Assembly (NCBI GenBank): GCA_951406725.2
Contig: OX597821.1
Coordinates: forward strand, 103,478,001-103,542,000
DNA: 64,000 bases
Source: Octopus vulgaris
Taxonomy: Eukaryota
Direction: 5' to 3'
Every line of letters starts with the position of its first letter. The first letter of the stretch is position 1. The position numbers were made by a program, and so were the translations under genes. Below, piece by piece: positions 1-15,159 of this stretch. The notes under the pieces are model-generated. The model searched no databases. It saw only the letters and a list, made by a program, of their open reading frames with translations, and was not told the origin of the DNA.

Positions 1-107
1 AGTAATACAGACACACACATATATGTATACACACGCGCACACACGCATGCACACATGCACACACAAACATATATATTTAGACATATATATATATATTTAT
101 ATATATT

Positions 108-149
<42 letters not shown>

Positions 150-187
150 CATATACATATAAAATACATATATATATATACATATAT

Positions 188-218
<31 letters not shown>

Positions 219-241
219 TACATACATACATACATACATAG

Positions 242-311
<70 letters not shown>

Positions 312-619
312 ATATATGTCACTGACGTGTATGAATGGCCGTTGAAATATATACGTGTGCTTAATCAAACTTACGTCATGTGTGCAAATGGAAGGAAACA
401 GAAACTTGAAATTGATATATTACGAAGTCGTTTGATTTGCTGTCACAATGATGTTGTTTGACTTTCTGGCCAATCGTTGCGTGTTTCTGATTTCTTTTAA
501 CTTGGAGGAAGCAGAATATATTTATTAATACCAAGTAAACCATATATGAATCAAGAAAGTTCTCGGATTTCAATGGATAAATGAGTGTATGGTATATTTT
601 GTATGTATATAAGTATATA

Positions 620-668
<49 letters not shown>

Positions 669-804
669 TATATATATATATGGGGGTGTGTGTGATTGTG
701 TATAGAAGAATATATTAATAAAAAGAATTCCAACATCTTATAATATATCATTATAAGATTGTAAATAAAACGTGAAAATCAGACAAGGTTGGAATTCTTT
801 TTTA

Positions 805-878
<74 letters not shown>

Positions 879-879
<1 letters not shown>

Positions 880-1100
880 AATTGCATGTGTGTGTGTGTA
901 TCGGCAAAGTGTGTACAGAATGAATGTATTGGGTTGACGTTCAGTTTAAAATTGGAAAAAAAAATGAGGTGTGACGTTTCAAGCATGGCTCTTCGTCAGA
1001 AAGAAGAAAGAGGAAACGGCCGGAGTGAAGGAAAAGACAAGTGGGAGCAAAGCGCGTGTGTGGTCGCACGGCTGAAGTGGCCGGAAGTGGAAAGGGGTGT
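879..1100 (-). mobile_element. Short PLE-type (pLTR-like) element next to (TA)n, carrying a hammerhead motif
   Basis: Shares the motif string gtatt(a/g)...gacg(c/t)tc...acgtttc(g/a)agc...gctcttcgtc(a/g)gaaa with 12366-12563, 12623-12738 and 35588-35755. Confidence 0.55.
968..1003 (-). ncRNA. Minimal type-I hammerhead ribozyme motif (helix I decayed)
   Basis: Minus strand reads CUUU-CUGACGA-A-GAGC-cau-GCUU-GAAAC-GUC-ACAC. The core, a 4-bp helix II, a loopless ACGU helix III and a GUC triplet are intact. Confidence 0.6.
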
Positions 1101-1239
1101 GTGTTTTTATACATACATGTGTATATATGTGTGTGTCGTTTACTATTCTGCCTTGCATTAATCTTAATCCAAAAGCTCAATTAGACCTGCAGATACATGC
1201 GAAAGGGAACACATACATAATTTCAGCGGTATACTTAGA

Positions 1240-1276
<37 letters not shown>

Positions 1277-1503
1277 ATGTGGAGTCCCATTTGTAGAAAA
1301 TAGAAATAAATAGTCTATGACTGCTATTTCTAATTTTTTCGGTATGCAGCTAAGCAACCTGTTGCCTGCCTCTTTTCTTTATATACAATATATATATACT
1401 GAACTTTATAGAAATTCCTACCGTTAATGGTTATATTTACATGCCGAAATCTACCAGTAAATAATTGTTGGTTTTTTAAAAACCATTCAAGAAATTATTT
1501 ACT

Positions 1504-1540
<37 letters not shown>

Positions 1541-1609
1541 GTATATATAAGACATACACAAAATGCTTAATGAACCAAAGACAGAACCTTTATTTACTTG
1601 GTTCTTGGT

Positions 1610-1686
1610 TGGTCAACTCGTTAGGCGTAGCAGCCAATCTCCCTCAAGCCTTGGACAGGTTTGGCTGCTACTTTTGGCGAGTCGAA
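1610..1686. mobile_element. Decayed short MITE-like inverted repeat
   Basis: actcgttaggcgtagcagccaa ... ttggctgctacttttggcgagt are imperfect inverted arms. Confidence 0.4.
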
Positions 1687-1811
1687 ACTTTGGACGCGTA
1701 GACGTCGTCTGTTGTAGCTAAGAATGATTAAGCGATGTTTGTCTTAAATATCAATGTTCATATTCCGACTCGGGGATAACAACAAAAGCAGCAGCAGCAG
1801 CAGCAGCAGCA

Positions 1812-2382
1812 GTAGGCGCAATGGCCCAGTGTTTAGGGCTGCGGACTCGTGGTCGCAAGGACGTGGTTTCGATTCCCAGACTGAGCATTGTGAGTCTTTA
1901 TTGAGCAAAAGCACCGAAGCTCCACGAGTCTCCGGCGAGTGGGGGGGGGTTAATGAACCCCGCTGTACTCTTTCACTACAACTCTCTCTCACTCTTTCTT
2001 CCTACTTCTGCCACAAAGAAGAGAAACGATGGTGTAACCCACTATCACTATGGTGTGGTAAACTTTCAAACTCTACTCTAGATTGCGAATCCTCTGTACC
2101 TCAAGATGGTTCAGCTCTCCACCCGTAACAAAAAGCCATCGATTATGGAATGAGGATAACAACGTAGGTTTCGCGCACATGCAACCGCCAGCCTATCGCG
2201 TGTGGTGGGTGGATCTTCATGTTTCCACACGCATTCTTAGTAGCTTAGAGTAGGCTCGAATTAGAGATTATTGTTTGTGGCTAATGGCGCGAGTCCTGAT
2301 TGGAAGAAGAAGAAGAAGAAGAAGAAGAAGAAGAAGAAGAAGAAGAAGAAGAAGAAGAAGAAGAAGAAGAAGAAGAAGAAGA
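1812..2382 (+). mobile_element. tRNA-derived SINE, family C, long-tail variant ending in (GAA)n
   Basis: Head ggcgcaatggcccagtg(t/g)ttagggc...gtttcgattcccagac has pol III A and B boxes and matches the copies at 11269, 15454 and 45429. It ends in a (GAA)n tail and is flanked by (CAG)n on both sides. Confidence 0.8.
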
Positions 2383-3650
2383 CAGCAGCAGCAGCAACAA
2401 CAACAAGAACAGCAATATTAAAATCAACAAGACATTAAGTGGTCACACTAAACAATATTCCTTCATCGGTATACGATTGAACCCCTAAGTTTTGCCAAAA
2501 TATAACCTAAATCATTTTCAACTCTACTTTTATATGATAAGGTTCTTAAGTATATTTTCCTCAACGTACATAATCCGATATAATTTGTCTTTCCGTCCAT
2601 GTGAATAAATAAACGGAAGATAGAATAATATAAAGGATTAAAAATAATAATAATAATAATAATAATGATAATAATAATAATAATAATAATACTATAAAAT
2701 AAAGGATTTATATTATTTGAAGTCGATCTTTTTTTCCCGAGAAATTCAATAAGAGCCAGTGTAACAGAAAATTGAGCGGAGATAGAAGAAATTTTTTTTG
2801 TAAGTTGGAAAATTATAGTAAGCCTTTGAACGTGAAATGAAAGCATATTGTAACATTTATTGTTTAACGTACAATTCACCGTTATCTTTGTCACTAACGT
2901 TTTTTTTGTCTTTTCTTTCGCCTAATCTGTTATCAGTATGTTGCAAACTTTTAACCTGCTCTAGGTCATAAATATGTACAGTGGGATTGTACAGTCAAAG
3001 CCACACATTACATGCATTTGGAAATATGTCACCATGACATTAATAATAATAAAGAAAAGTGCACTCCTGTAAATATATTCGCATGCTATTTTAGATTCTC
3101 TTGAGAATTCAGCGAATGCAAATATAATTGCAAGAGAAAAAAAAAATGCAGCGAATCATGAAAGTGCATAAAATTATCTAAATGCAAAAAATAATTGTTT
3201 AAAGTAATTTTTCTTTTACTTCTGTACAGAATTGCACATGAGGCTTTTATTGGACTCTTCCTATGCCATAGTGATTCTCTAAATAGGATGTATTAACCAC
3301 CGGAGGTTGGAGAACTTTATATGGGCATTAGGGACAAAGAGAGTGATAAGTAGAAATAAATGTATCTATACTGATTTTGTTTTGTAGTTTTGATCTTCAA
3401 TTACTAACTTTAAAATAAATAAATGCAATATTGTGATATATTGTGATAAGCACGCGATTCAGCGATATGATAGGTTCTGCCAAAACGTAATAAGAATGAA
3501 TAGATGTGTTATCGTTTAGATTCTCCTTCTTCTGTCTTCACCCCATGAGTCATTATCTGTTTGACAGACATCTGCACGCATCAACGGATAATTTATTTGC
3601 TAATTTCTGCAAACAAGAGCCCCTGATATTGTCAGAGGAATCGGTACAGC

Positions 3651-3712
3651 GGTATAGCATTGACCGAGGAGACACACAATAGAATCGAAACACCGCGGTG
3701 TCGTGAAATACC
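3651..3712 (+). ncRNA. Degenerate hammerhead-like motif
   Basis: GGUAUagCAU-UGACCGA-...-UC-GAAA-CACCGCGGUG-UC-GUGaaAUACC. Helix III is a perfect palindrome (ACACCGCGGTGT), with a GUC triplet and helix I pairing, but the CUGANGA box is altered. Confidence 0.35.
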
Positions 3713-3840
3713 CTTACACCATCGTTTAAAGCTATGGTTCTCAACAAGGGTCGATATCACCTTTGGGTTCCATATAAGGTTTTGTTGTTAATATTTATGT
3801 GCAATAAATCCCTTATGCTTCTACCATACACAAAACATTC

Positions 3841-4061
3841 TTTTTCTTTTACTTGTTTCAGTCATCAGACTGCGGCCATGCTGGGGCACCACCTGAAGAA
3901 TTTTAGTCGAACGAATCGACCCATTACTTATTTTATTTTAAAGCCTGGTACTCATTCTATCGGTCTCTCTTTGTCAAGCCACTAAGTTACGTTGGCGTAA
4001 ACATAACAACACCGGTTGTCAAGCGGTGATGGGGAACAAACATAAATCCAAAGACACACAT

Positions 4062-4099
<38 letters not shown>

Positions 4100-4118
4100 G
4101 ACGGACTTCTTTCGGTTT
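3841..4118 (-). mobile_element. SINE family A, 3' portion
   Basis: Reverse complement of the family A tail (cttgtttcagtca...gcggccatgctggggcacc) and body. Confidence 0.85.
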
Positions 4119-4428
4119 TAACACTTTTGTATATTCTTAATATTCAATTCTAAAAATATAATAGGGTTAGCAAATGGCTATAGAGTTCCAATAGAATAAA
4201 ACAGGAATCAGAGGAGTCAAGATCCAAAAGTGTCTGGTACCCAAAGGTCTACATGATAGGTTTTCCATTGACGAAATGCGCCAATGATTATGCTCATTAT
4301 TCCCGTTCCTATCTTCCGGAACCTACAGAGTGTATTAAGAATGAATAGACACGTTATTGTTTCAATTCTCGCTGTTCGACGTATACCCCATCCAATACCA
4401 TTCCATTCTCTTATTTGATAACAACATA

Positions 4429-4820
4429 GGCGTCGGTATGGCTGTATGGTAAGAAACTTGTTTCCCAACCACATGGTTCCGGATTCAGACCTACTGGGTG
4501 ACACATTGGGCAAGTATTTTATTCTATAGCCGCGAGCCGACGAAGCCCTGTGAGTGGATTTAGTAGTCGCATGCTATAGTCTTTGTGTCTGTATTTTTCC
4601 CCTCACACACACATTGTTTGAAATCGGTGTTGGTGTGTTTATATCCTCGTAACATTGCAATTCGCCAAAAGAAACCGAACAGAATAATTAGTAGATTTTA
4701 AAAAATAAATAAATAAAACAAGTACTGCGGTTGATTCGGTCGACTAACATTCTTCGAGTCGGTGCTCCAACATGGCCGCAGTGCAGTCTAATGACTTAAA
4801 CAATTACAAGATAAAAGATG
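4429..4820 (+). mobile_element. SINE family A, diverged full-length copy
   Basis: Head ggcgtcggtatggctgtatggtaagaaacttg... and tail ggtgctccaacatggccgcag align with 38936-39325. Confidence 0.85.
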
Positions 4821-5139
4821 AACGACATTTATTTTTATCTTTTCGTTCTTACCAAATTACAATCAGAATGTAAAAGCATCCGCAATGGAAATACTCAATA
4901 CATATAACACATCTGCGAACTTTAATTTGCGATTTAATTTTTCAACTGAAGAGAAACGGCTATTGAAAAATAGGGCGGAGTTTCTTCCATTCATTAGCAA
5001 GTCATGTGACTATAAACAATTAAATGAAGTAAACTTAAAACGCTATTAAAAGAGTCGAACATCGTAATTTCAATCAATTTGTGTTTTTTATGCCATAGCA
5101 TCTTTGAAACAGTATGGTGATAAGTGGGCGAGTGCATAT

Positions 5140-5567
5140 GTACGCGTGAGTGTCTGTGTGTGTGTGTGTGTGTGTGTATCTGAGAGAGAAAGAGTGGGTG
5201 CGTGGGTGAAAGAGATGAGAGAGAGAGAGAGAGCGTGTGTGTATGAGATAGAGAGGGGTGTTTGTGTGTGGGAGAGAGAGAGAGTGGGTGCGTGGGTGAA
5301 AGTCTGCATGTGAGAGAGAGTATGTGTGAGAGAGAGAGAGAGGGAGAGAGAGTGTGTGTGTGAGAAAGAGAGAGAGAGGGAGAGAGAGAAAGAGAGCATG
5401 CGTATGTATGTGAGTGTATGCAAACGATTCTGTATAAGAGAGGGAGGAGAAAGAGAGAAAGAAAGAGAGAAAGAAAGAGAGAAAGTGAGAGAGAAAGTGA
5501 GAAAGAAAGAGAGAAAGTGAGAAACTGTTAAGAGACAGAAAAAGAAACTGCTAAAAAAGAAACTGTT

Positions 5568-5606
<39 letters not shown>

Positions 5607-5667
5607 CAGTAGACAGAGAGACAGGCAGAGTAAAACAGAAAGAGAGAGAGGGAGGCTGAGTGAATAA

Positions 5668-5702
<35 letters not shown>

Positions 5703-5809
5703 AGCTTGTGAGAGAGACAAGTAAACTGGAAGAGAGAGACAAACAAACAGAGAGAGAACCTGTTGAGGAACCAGGCAGACAATCAGTCAGAAATATAAAC
5801 AGATTGAGG

Positions 5810-5861
<52 letters not shown>

Positions 5862-5862
5862 G
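5140..5862. repeat. Compound (GT)n/(GA)n/(GATA)n microsatellite tract
   Basis: Direct inspection; it explains the SLSL and RERE ORFs. Confidence 0.95.
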
Positions 5863-6375
5863 AGTGATGAAGAGAGTCTACGAAAATGCGCGCGTGTGTG
5901 TATGTGTTCGCATTTAAGTGTGTGCATAGGTGCGTGCAATTCACATTCGCTCATCAATATTTTCGACTTTTACTTCAACAGTCAGTTTGCTAATATAATT
6001 TTAAATTTAAACATTGAGGAATATATTTTGAATAAACCATTCTTTAGCACGTTTTCTCTCTCCCAACAGAATTGCTAAATATTGTTCACATAAATTCCTG
6101 TCTACCATTTCCAAAATTAGACACAATGTCAAGATTGAACAAAATTAGAGAAACGTTTGTTCTTGGATAAAACACTTTTAAATGTACACAAGCTCGCGCG
6201 CGGAACGATGCACACACACACACACACACATACATAAGCATTCATAGACAAACACTCATAGATGCATGTTCATGCATACACATAAAAATATTCATACATA
6301 CATATATATATACATAAGTGTATATATATATAGACTCATCTGTACATACATACATTTATGTATACATACTCACAT

Positions 6376-6418
<43 letters not shown>

Positions 6419-7664
6419 AACATACACACACGTGAATATATATACATGCATATATACACACATATATATGTTCACCTATATACTTACATAGAGACACATA
6501 CACGTATACATACATGTATGTACACACATATATACATACGCATCTATATACATCTGTGTGCACAGAGTAATACATCAAACACATGCATATACAGTCTATA
6601 TAATGCATAAACATACATAAATTCATGCATACACATGCGTACATATACAATTAGACACACACACACACATACATCTACATCTGTAGACATACATATATGA
6701 ATTTAGCGACTTCAGGTATTGTTCATACACTTCGAATATATACATCCACATTCTATTCACAGATTAATATTCGCACCTCCCGTAGATTTTGATTCTTAGC
6801 AAAAGTTTCCACGACATCAAATACCTTTGACGTTACCACCCGTAAGCAACTGACTGACTTTCTTAACACGCTGAGAAAACTTTTCACCAAAGTAAATATC
6901 CGCATTCTGATAATATTGTTTCAGAAATATAATTTTGATTTTGTAAAAATATGGCTGAGAGGGGGATGGAACATAAAAGGGAACTTAATCGAGAGGAATC
7001 TTTGCCGTGGCTGACACAAAATTATGCACGATAGAATAAGATATCAAAAAGGATAACATAAAAATACATTTATAAATAATAATGATAAAAATAAGGAAGT
7101 AGAAAGCTGGACTCCTAAGAATGATGTTTCATATTATTAAATATGTTCAAGAAATTTTAATAAAATATTGTGCAAGCAATCAGAAAATACTTTCCCAAAC
7201 TCTATCACTCTCTCCCGTTTTTTCTTTTTCTCTCCTTCTCTTTCTATTTCCTTCTCTTTCTCCCTCTCTCTCTCTCTCTCAATCTACATCAATCTATGTC
7301 TATATATCATTGCCTATCTTAGCTTTTGTAGATAGGTGTATATCTCTTAAATATTCACATCACTGCAATCTCTTTAAAGTTCCCGAGTCAGCCCATAATC
7401 TAATAGATTTTCGATCCATCAAAATTTGCTCTCCACCTCACAGACAAATACAAATACACACACGCACGCATACACACACGCGTATACACACACACACACA
7501 CACACACACAAATGTACGTGCAGACATGCACACACACACGTATATGCAATATAATATATATATATACATATATATATAATACATATTATATATACACACA
7601 TCTTTATATATACATACATATATATATGCGTGTATATATATATATAATACATATTATATATACA

Positions 7665-7708
<44 letters not shown>

Positions 7709-8488
7709 CGCACTCTATCTTTCTCAAGCACAAATTTATTTATAAGCAGGCGTATCTAAATATACATATATAGACGTACACAAAAATAACGCGCGCATAA
7801 TCAGAAGCATTCACAGGGACAACATATACACACCAGCGTAATCTTTGCAAACGCATGTATTTTGTTACTTTAGCAAGATGGAGGAAAATATCTGGAGTTT
7901 AATAATAAAATAAAAAATGACGTGGTTTCTTATAATAAACCAGTTATCTCTAGATAATACGCAAAGTAAATCTAACGAAATAGATACGGACGTAAATGAT
8001 GGATTTTTCTGACACTTTAAATACTTCCTTTCAACTTTATAAAGCTCGATTAGATGTGATAAAGGTAAACACTATATAACTGTGATACAACCTCTATAAA
8101 AAAAAAAAGGGCCCATCGTTTTATATGTAAGTAAAAGAAGTTTTTCTTGGTAAATATAGAGAAAAAAAATAGATTAGTATTCGATCACATCTTGTAAAAT
8201 GAGGAAGTAGGTGTGACGTTTGCTTTTGATATCACTTCTAAGAAGATGAAATGAATAAAAGCAACTGTATACACACGCACACACAGGCACACACAGGCAC
8301 ACACACACACACACACACATACACACACACAAACACACACACACAAACACACACACATATATATACACGCGTATGCATACACATACCTGTATTTATATGG
8401 AGAGAGAGAAAGAGAGGGGTAGAGTCTCTCTCTCTCTATATATATATATATACACAGGTACATATATACATATATACATGTATATATG

Positions 8489-8596
<108 letters not shown>

Positions 8597-8687
8597 GTGT
8601 ATATATATATATATGTGTGTGTGTATATATATATATATGTGTATATATATGTGTATATATATATATATATGTGTATATATATATATA

Positions 8688-8756
<69 letters not shown>

Positions 8757-10615
8757 ACACACACACATATACACATACAGGTATGTGATGTGTAAACTGA
8801 ACCCACCTCAAGTAAGTCAAGTAATATCTTTTATTACAACTATATATATATATTTAAAAAAACGAAGTTATTTATAAGCTTTTCAAAACTTCCGATCAAG
8901 TATGCCCGAGTTAAAATATGATAAGTTTCAGAGTTCATTACTTATCTGATATATATTTTGAGCTGCTTTCATTTCCTTTAGACTCACGAAGAATACAAAT
9001 GATGAAATAGAAACGAACTTTGATTTTGAGGTAATATTTATCTAGTTTTGATTAGAGAAAAGAAAATTGAACACATATCTTATGTAGTGAAAGGAATATC
9101 TTTCATTCATAACTAATTTGGTGAGAATTATTTCCTTTAAGTCTAATGAAGTTAAGAAACAGAAAAGATTCTGTTCTTGAAAAGTTCAACGCCTATATTG
9201 GATGACTGAGGTAAAAAGCAACTCATAATGCGTATTGAAAAAGGGAGATAATATGAATAAGATACGTAGCTGCGGTGTTGGTGAAGGAAAGTACGAGTTT
9301 GTAAATTTTATATGTAAATAGGTGTAAGTTAACCCATTCAGGCATATAGTAGTACCTGGTAAAATAACATTTCAGTCTTTCATCAGGAGTTTATCGAAGT
9401 AATGAAATTTGATGAAGATCTCTACTCTGAATTTTAAACAGTCGGCAGATTTATTGAAGTTCATGGGTATCAGGTTATTTTCAGCTGTGCACAATGCGCA
9501 TATATTAGTTCCATTTCTGCATGGTTTACATCTGTCGAAGATATTCTATATTATATCTGATGTAGTGCCATATTGTATCGATGTTCAAACATAATTTGAC
9601 ATGTTAGTATGTTAGTTATTTCCTCTTCTCTTTGTTCCTGAAAGAAAGAGTCTAGCTGAAATATCGCTGGATTAATTTACATTCCACCACACAAGTAGAC
9701 ATAATGTTTAAGAACTTTCTTTGGCTTGTTAAAGCTGATCTTTGCGTCAAAGATAATTGCTTCAGCGTAACTTATGAAAACGGTGATTGTGTTGAACATT
9801 TTAAATATATACATACATATTCCTACATATAACTCAATATTTCCTATCGTCAATCAGCTTAGCGGATATAATTCACATCAAACTAGTTATAATTGATAAA
9901 TACTTAATTCAAATATATCTGCAAATTCTTCGCCTATTTTCAAATTTAGATACATTTTAACTCAAGACCTCCAACTCCTTTTACTAACTTATTTCACGTC
10001 GCAAGTGTAACCTAAGTAAGTGAAGGATGTTTACGAGTAGCCCTCCTTACTGTAGCTTCAACTGGATTATGCAGAACGGAGAATTGTGAATATTATTGTC
10101 AGACATATTTGATAGAATAATGTAATACAGGATTTTGATTACTCTGGGGAGCATATATTCGTATCACTAGCGTTACATATTTGACAGTATTGTATGTATA
10201 AATACACATGTGTATATATATTTATATACACATATATATATGCATGTATGATTGTGTGCATGTGCTCGTGCGTGCATGTTTATATAAGTTCATATACCTA
10301 TATATATATATGTACATATGTATACATATACGTGCATACGCATACACACATATTTTATGTATACAAGCATACATGCATATACACATACATACATTTTATT
10401 TTACTTTTTCACAAGTTTTCATTTCTGCCACACACAATCTACATCATTTTTTTATGTCAAATATGAACGACGTAAGGTTTTTAATATATTCTTCTCAACA
10501 TCAACATTTTTTTTCTTCGTAATCGTGTGAACATCGGAATTAAGAAAACCCACATGACTTTTTATAAAGTCACTCCTCAACAAAACATACATAACTCTCT
10601 TTTTTTCACACCATG

Positions 10616-10695
<80 letters not shown>

Positions 10696-10855
10696 TCATA
10701 TGAGTACTTACATATACAGTTTACGCATATGTATATGCATATGTTAGTATATAAATATATAAACATGCATACACATACATATCTATACTTTTACTAATAT
10801 TCATATATATATATATGTAAATAAATATATGTATATATATATATATGTACGTATG

Positions 10856-10890
<35 letters not shown>

Positions 10891-11269
10891 GGAAGCACTC
10901 CGTCGGTTACGACGATGAGGGTTCCGGTTGATCCGAATCAACGGAACAGCCTGCTCGTGAAATTAACGTGTAAGTGGCTGAGCACTCCACAGACACGTGT
11001 ACCCTTAACGTAGTTCTCGGGGATATTCAGCGTGACGCAGAGAGTGACAAGGCCGGCCCCTTGAAATACAGGTACAATAGAAACAGGAAGTAAGAGAAAG
11101 TTGTGGTGAAAGAGTACAGCAGGGATCACCACCATCCCTGCTGGAGCCTCATGGAGCTTTTAGGTGTTTTCGCTCAATAAACACTCACAACGCCCGGTCT
11201 GGGAATCGAAACCGCGATCCTATGACCGCGAGTCCGCTGCCCTAACCACTGGGTCATTGCGCCTCCACA
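10891..11269 (-). mobile_element. SINE family C, full-length, inserted in (TA)n
   Basis: Minus strand starts tgtggaggcgcaatgacccagtggttagggcagcggactcgcgg with B box gtttcgattccc, and ends ...gtcgtaaccgacggagtgcttcc. (TA)n lies on both sides. Confidence 0.9.
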
Positions 11270-11304
11270 TATACATATATATATATATATACATATATAT
11301 ATAC

Positions 11305-11419
<115 letters not shown>

Positions 11420-11944
11420 ATATACCTATATATATATATATATACATATGTGTGTGTGCGTGTTTGTTTCTGCGTGTGCATGCATTAACCTCCCCACACA
11501 TCATCTCTTAACTTCCTCCAGTGCAAGCACCACCATCTCGCTCTCTATGACCGACTTTACAGTTCAATATTTAAATTTAGCCAGAGTTTTATCAACGTCT
11601 TCTTATTGATTTCATGTCCATATTCTCCTTGTGATGAATGAATCTCGTTGCGTAAACAATGAATCTGGTTGTATCTTATTTTATTCAATTGTAATATATC
11701 TATTTACCATGGAGCCTCTGTGTATGAAGTTTGTTTATAGCTATATGCGAATGGAAAACTTCCAGTGTTTGTATCGCGTTCTAGATAAGTATTATATTAC
11801 TTATAAAAGTATACAAGTAGACCGTAAATATTGCCTGCACCCATACACAATTATGTCTATTTATACACACGCATACATGCGAATATACGCCATATGTGTA
11901 TGTGTTTGTATGTGTGTATATGTGCATGTATACACACATAGATT

Positions 11945-12002
<58 letters not shown>

Positions 12003-12054
12003 CATATATATATATATACATATATATATATAAATATATATATGTATATATATA

Positions 12055-12147
<93 letters not shown>

Positions 12148-12156
12148 TATATACAT

Positions 12157-12597
<441 letters not shown>

Positions 12598-12754
12598 AAT
12601 ATTATATATATATATATATATAGGCAATCGAAATAAGAGTAGAACAAGACAACAAAAGTCAGCAGGACGTTCAGACAGAATGTATTAGATTGGTGCCCAG
12701 ATTAAGATGGCAAAAAAGGTGGGGGCGTAACGTTTCGAGTATATATGTATATAT

Positions 12755-12990
12755 GAGAGGTATTGGTATTTAGAAAACCCAAAGAGTGGCAGGTAACGCT
12801 AAGTAAGTGCTATATACGGACCGAACTCAAATATTTATCTCCATTTAACCATCTCACATCGACTCTAATGAAGGGACATTCAGAATAACCCAGAAACAGC
12901 TGTAAGACTATATCTATATCTTTTTCCTTATGAATGTCCTGAAAACTTCTCGCAACCTTGGCCTTGTTATCTCATTTTGTCTAATATATA
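12755..12990 (+). mobile_element. Second PLE-type short element family, with a degenerate hammerhead at 12861-12908
   Basis: gact-CTAATGA-agggacattcagaataaccca-GAAA-CAGCTG-TA-agac (palindromic helix III, GUA triplet). The 3' part tgaaaact...gccttg...ttatc is shared with 47905-48085. Confidence 0.55.
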
Positions 12991-12997
12991 TAAAGTC

Positions 12998-13670
12998 GCT
13001 GACGTGGCCGATGACAGTACCACCTGATCGGCACTCGTGCCAGTGGAACGTTAAAAGCACATCCGAACGTGATCGTTGCCAGGCCCACGGATTGGCTCCG
13101 GTGCCGGTAGCACGTAAAAAGCACCGTTCGAGCGTGATCGTTGCCAGCTTCACATTACCGGCTCATGTGCCCGTGGCATGTGAAAAAGAAACACCTTTTG
13201 AGTGTGGTCGTTGACAGAACCGACTAACTGGCCCTCGTGCCGGTGGCACGTAAAAGCACCCACTACACTCTCAGATTGGTTGGCGTTAGGAAGGGGGCAT
13301 CGAGCTGTAGAAAATTTGCCAGATCAGATTGAGCGTGGTGCAGCCTCTGGCTCACCATTCCTCAGTCAAACCTATTTCTTTACTACCCACAAGGGGCTAA
13401 ACACAGAGAGGACAAACAAGGACAGACAAACGGATTAAGTCGATTATATCGACGCCAGTGCGTAACTGGTACTTATTTAATCGACCCCGAAAGGATGAAA
13501 GGCAAAGTCAACCGAGGCGGAATTTGAACTCAGAACGTAGAGGCAGCCGAAATACCGCCAAGGATTTCGCCCGGCGTGCTAACGTTTCTGCCAGCTCGCC
13601 GCCTTATCCTCAGTTAAACCGTCCAACTCATGCCAGCATGGAAAGCAGACGTTAAGCGACGACGATGATG
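12998..13670 (+). mobile_element. SINE family D 3' body with an internal ~65-bp tandem repeat and a (GAC/GAT)n tail, interrupted by a family B SINE
   Basis: Four copies of gtgcc(a/g/c)gt(g/a)g(c/a)a(c/t)gt..aaaag at about 13037, 13101, 13167 and 13237, then gttggcgttaggaaggg...; it ends tggaaagcagacgttaagcgacgacgatgatg. Confidence 0.7.
13373..13606 (-). mobile_element. SINE family B, full-length, nested in family D
   Basis: Head aaggcggcgagctggcagaaacgttagc and B box gagttcaaattcc. The 14-bp TSD tcctcagt(c/t)aaacc lies at 13359-13372 and 13607-13620. Confidence 0.92.
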
Positions 13671-13728
<58 letters not shown>

Positions 13729-13744
13729 TTGGCCTCTATTTCTA

Positions 13745-14285
13745 GACGCCAAATGGCTCTAAAAACCATATCTATTCTCCGTTTGCACAGGTTGTAAGCG
13801 GGCAGATAAAAAAAAGGAATAACATTATTTTGAAAAAAACAAAAAGATTAATTACAGATCGGTTTCTGGCTTAAGGCTATAAGACCACTTGCTGTCTTCA
13901 GTACAATATGCCAAAGTAAATCCTTATTTTTGTAGAAGATATATACATTTTTTTGATCCAAATAAAATTGCATTCTCTGCGGGATTATTTTGATAATAAA
14001 AACACGTGGTTGAGATGGGGAAAAAATTAGACTTTTACTAGTGCATATATGTAAATGTATGTATATAATCGTGTAGATATGTTGTTCGTATGGGTATGTA
14101 TAAATATTTGCATCTATATACTTCGGCATATTATACAGAAGACAGCAAGGTGTCTTACAACCCTAAGCCAGAAATCAATCTACAATTAACCATAATTTTT
14201 TATTCCCCAAATCTTATTTTTTTCGTCTGCCCGCTTACAACATAAGCTTACGGAGAATGATGTGGTTTTAGAGCCATTTAACGTC
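13745..14285. mobile_element. MITE with ~175-bp terminal inverted repeats
   Basis: 13745-13920 is the imperfect reverse complement of 14120-14285. The direct repeat tatttcta lies at 13737-13744 and 14286-14293. Confidence 0.85.
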
Positions 14286-14562
14286 TATTTCTAGCGTGTT
14301 GGTGGGGTTTATCCGCACCTTTTGATATAATTATAGTATAGACTCATAAAATGGTGTAAATTGTTACCTGCAAGGTTTTTTTTTTTCACGCTGGCCACTT
14401 GATTAAATCATTGAAGTGGTTTATCCATAATACAGAAACATTTATAACAAAGCATTAAAGATGTTTTTAAGAATTTTCTTTGTCTTTTTATCATTTAGTA
14501 TATACATATGCACCTGCATGCGTATATATATTTATATATGTGTGTGTGTGTGTCTGTGTGTG

Positions 14563-14612
<50 letters not shown>

Positions 14613-14617
<5 letters not shown>

Positions 14618-14790
14618 GATAAAATCACTATTAGGCAAATCAAACAATGAAAAACATAAGCCAATACATAAAAGTAATTAATTTCTATTATTTTAAATAT
14701 ATATCAAAAATATTAAAAATACTAAAAGTTTAATAAAAGATAAAGAGTAATACACTACGATCGTTTCATGGCTGTACAATTCGTAATAAT
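14613..14790 (-). mobile_element. Truncated PLE-type element in (TA)n, retaining the 3' half of a hammerhead
   Basis: Minus strand cagccat-GAAA-CGATCG-TA-gt at 14754-14774. The terminus tagagataaaatcactattaggcaaatcaa recurs inverted at about 31617-31647, also abutting (TA)n. Confidence 0.5.
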
Positions 14791-14844
14791 TCGAGTTATA
14801 CACATATATATATGTGTGTATGTAAGTATATATATATGTATATA

Positions 14845-14915
<71 letters not shown>

Positions 14916-15159
14916 ATATGTATATATGTATGTGTGTGTGTATTTTCCTTCCAACATTTGACAACTGCTGTTAGTTTGTTTACGGCCCTAGAGATTCGGC
15001 AAATAAAAGAGATTACTAGAATAAGCAACAAACTAGATAAATAAACATTAGGATCCATTGTCCTTCGGCAAAGCTCTTCAAAACTGTATGTATGTGTATG
15101 TGTGTGTGTGTTTGTGTGTGTGTGTGTGCGTAAGTATGTTTATATATGTTGTAGATGTC

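Noticed and set aside
375-500. Possible minus-strand exon (ttctgcttcctccaag ... gac|gtaagt)
   Set aside because: Splice-like motifs only; weak AAG acceptor, no recognisable peptide and no partner exons.
13030-13262. Regularly spaced repeats suggestive of a CRISPR array
   Set aside because: The spacers are homologous to each other; this is an internal minisatellite of a eukaryotic SINE, with no cas genes.
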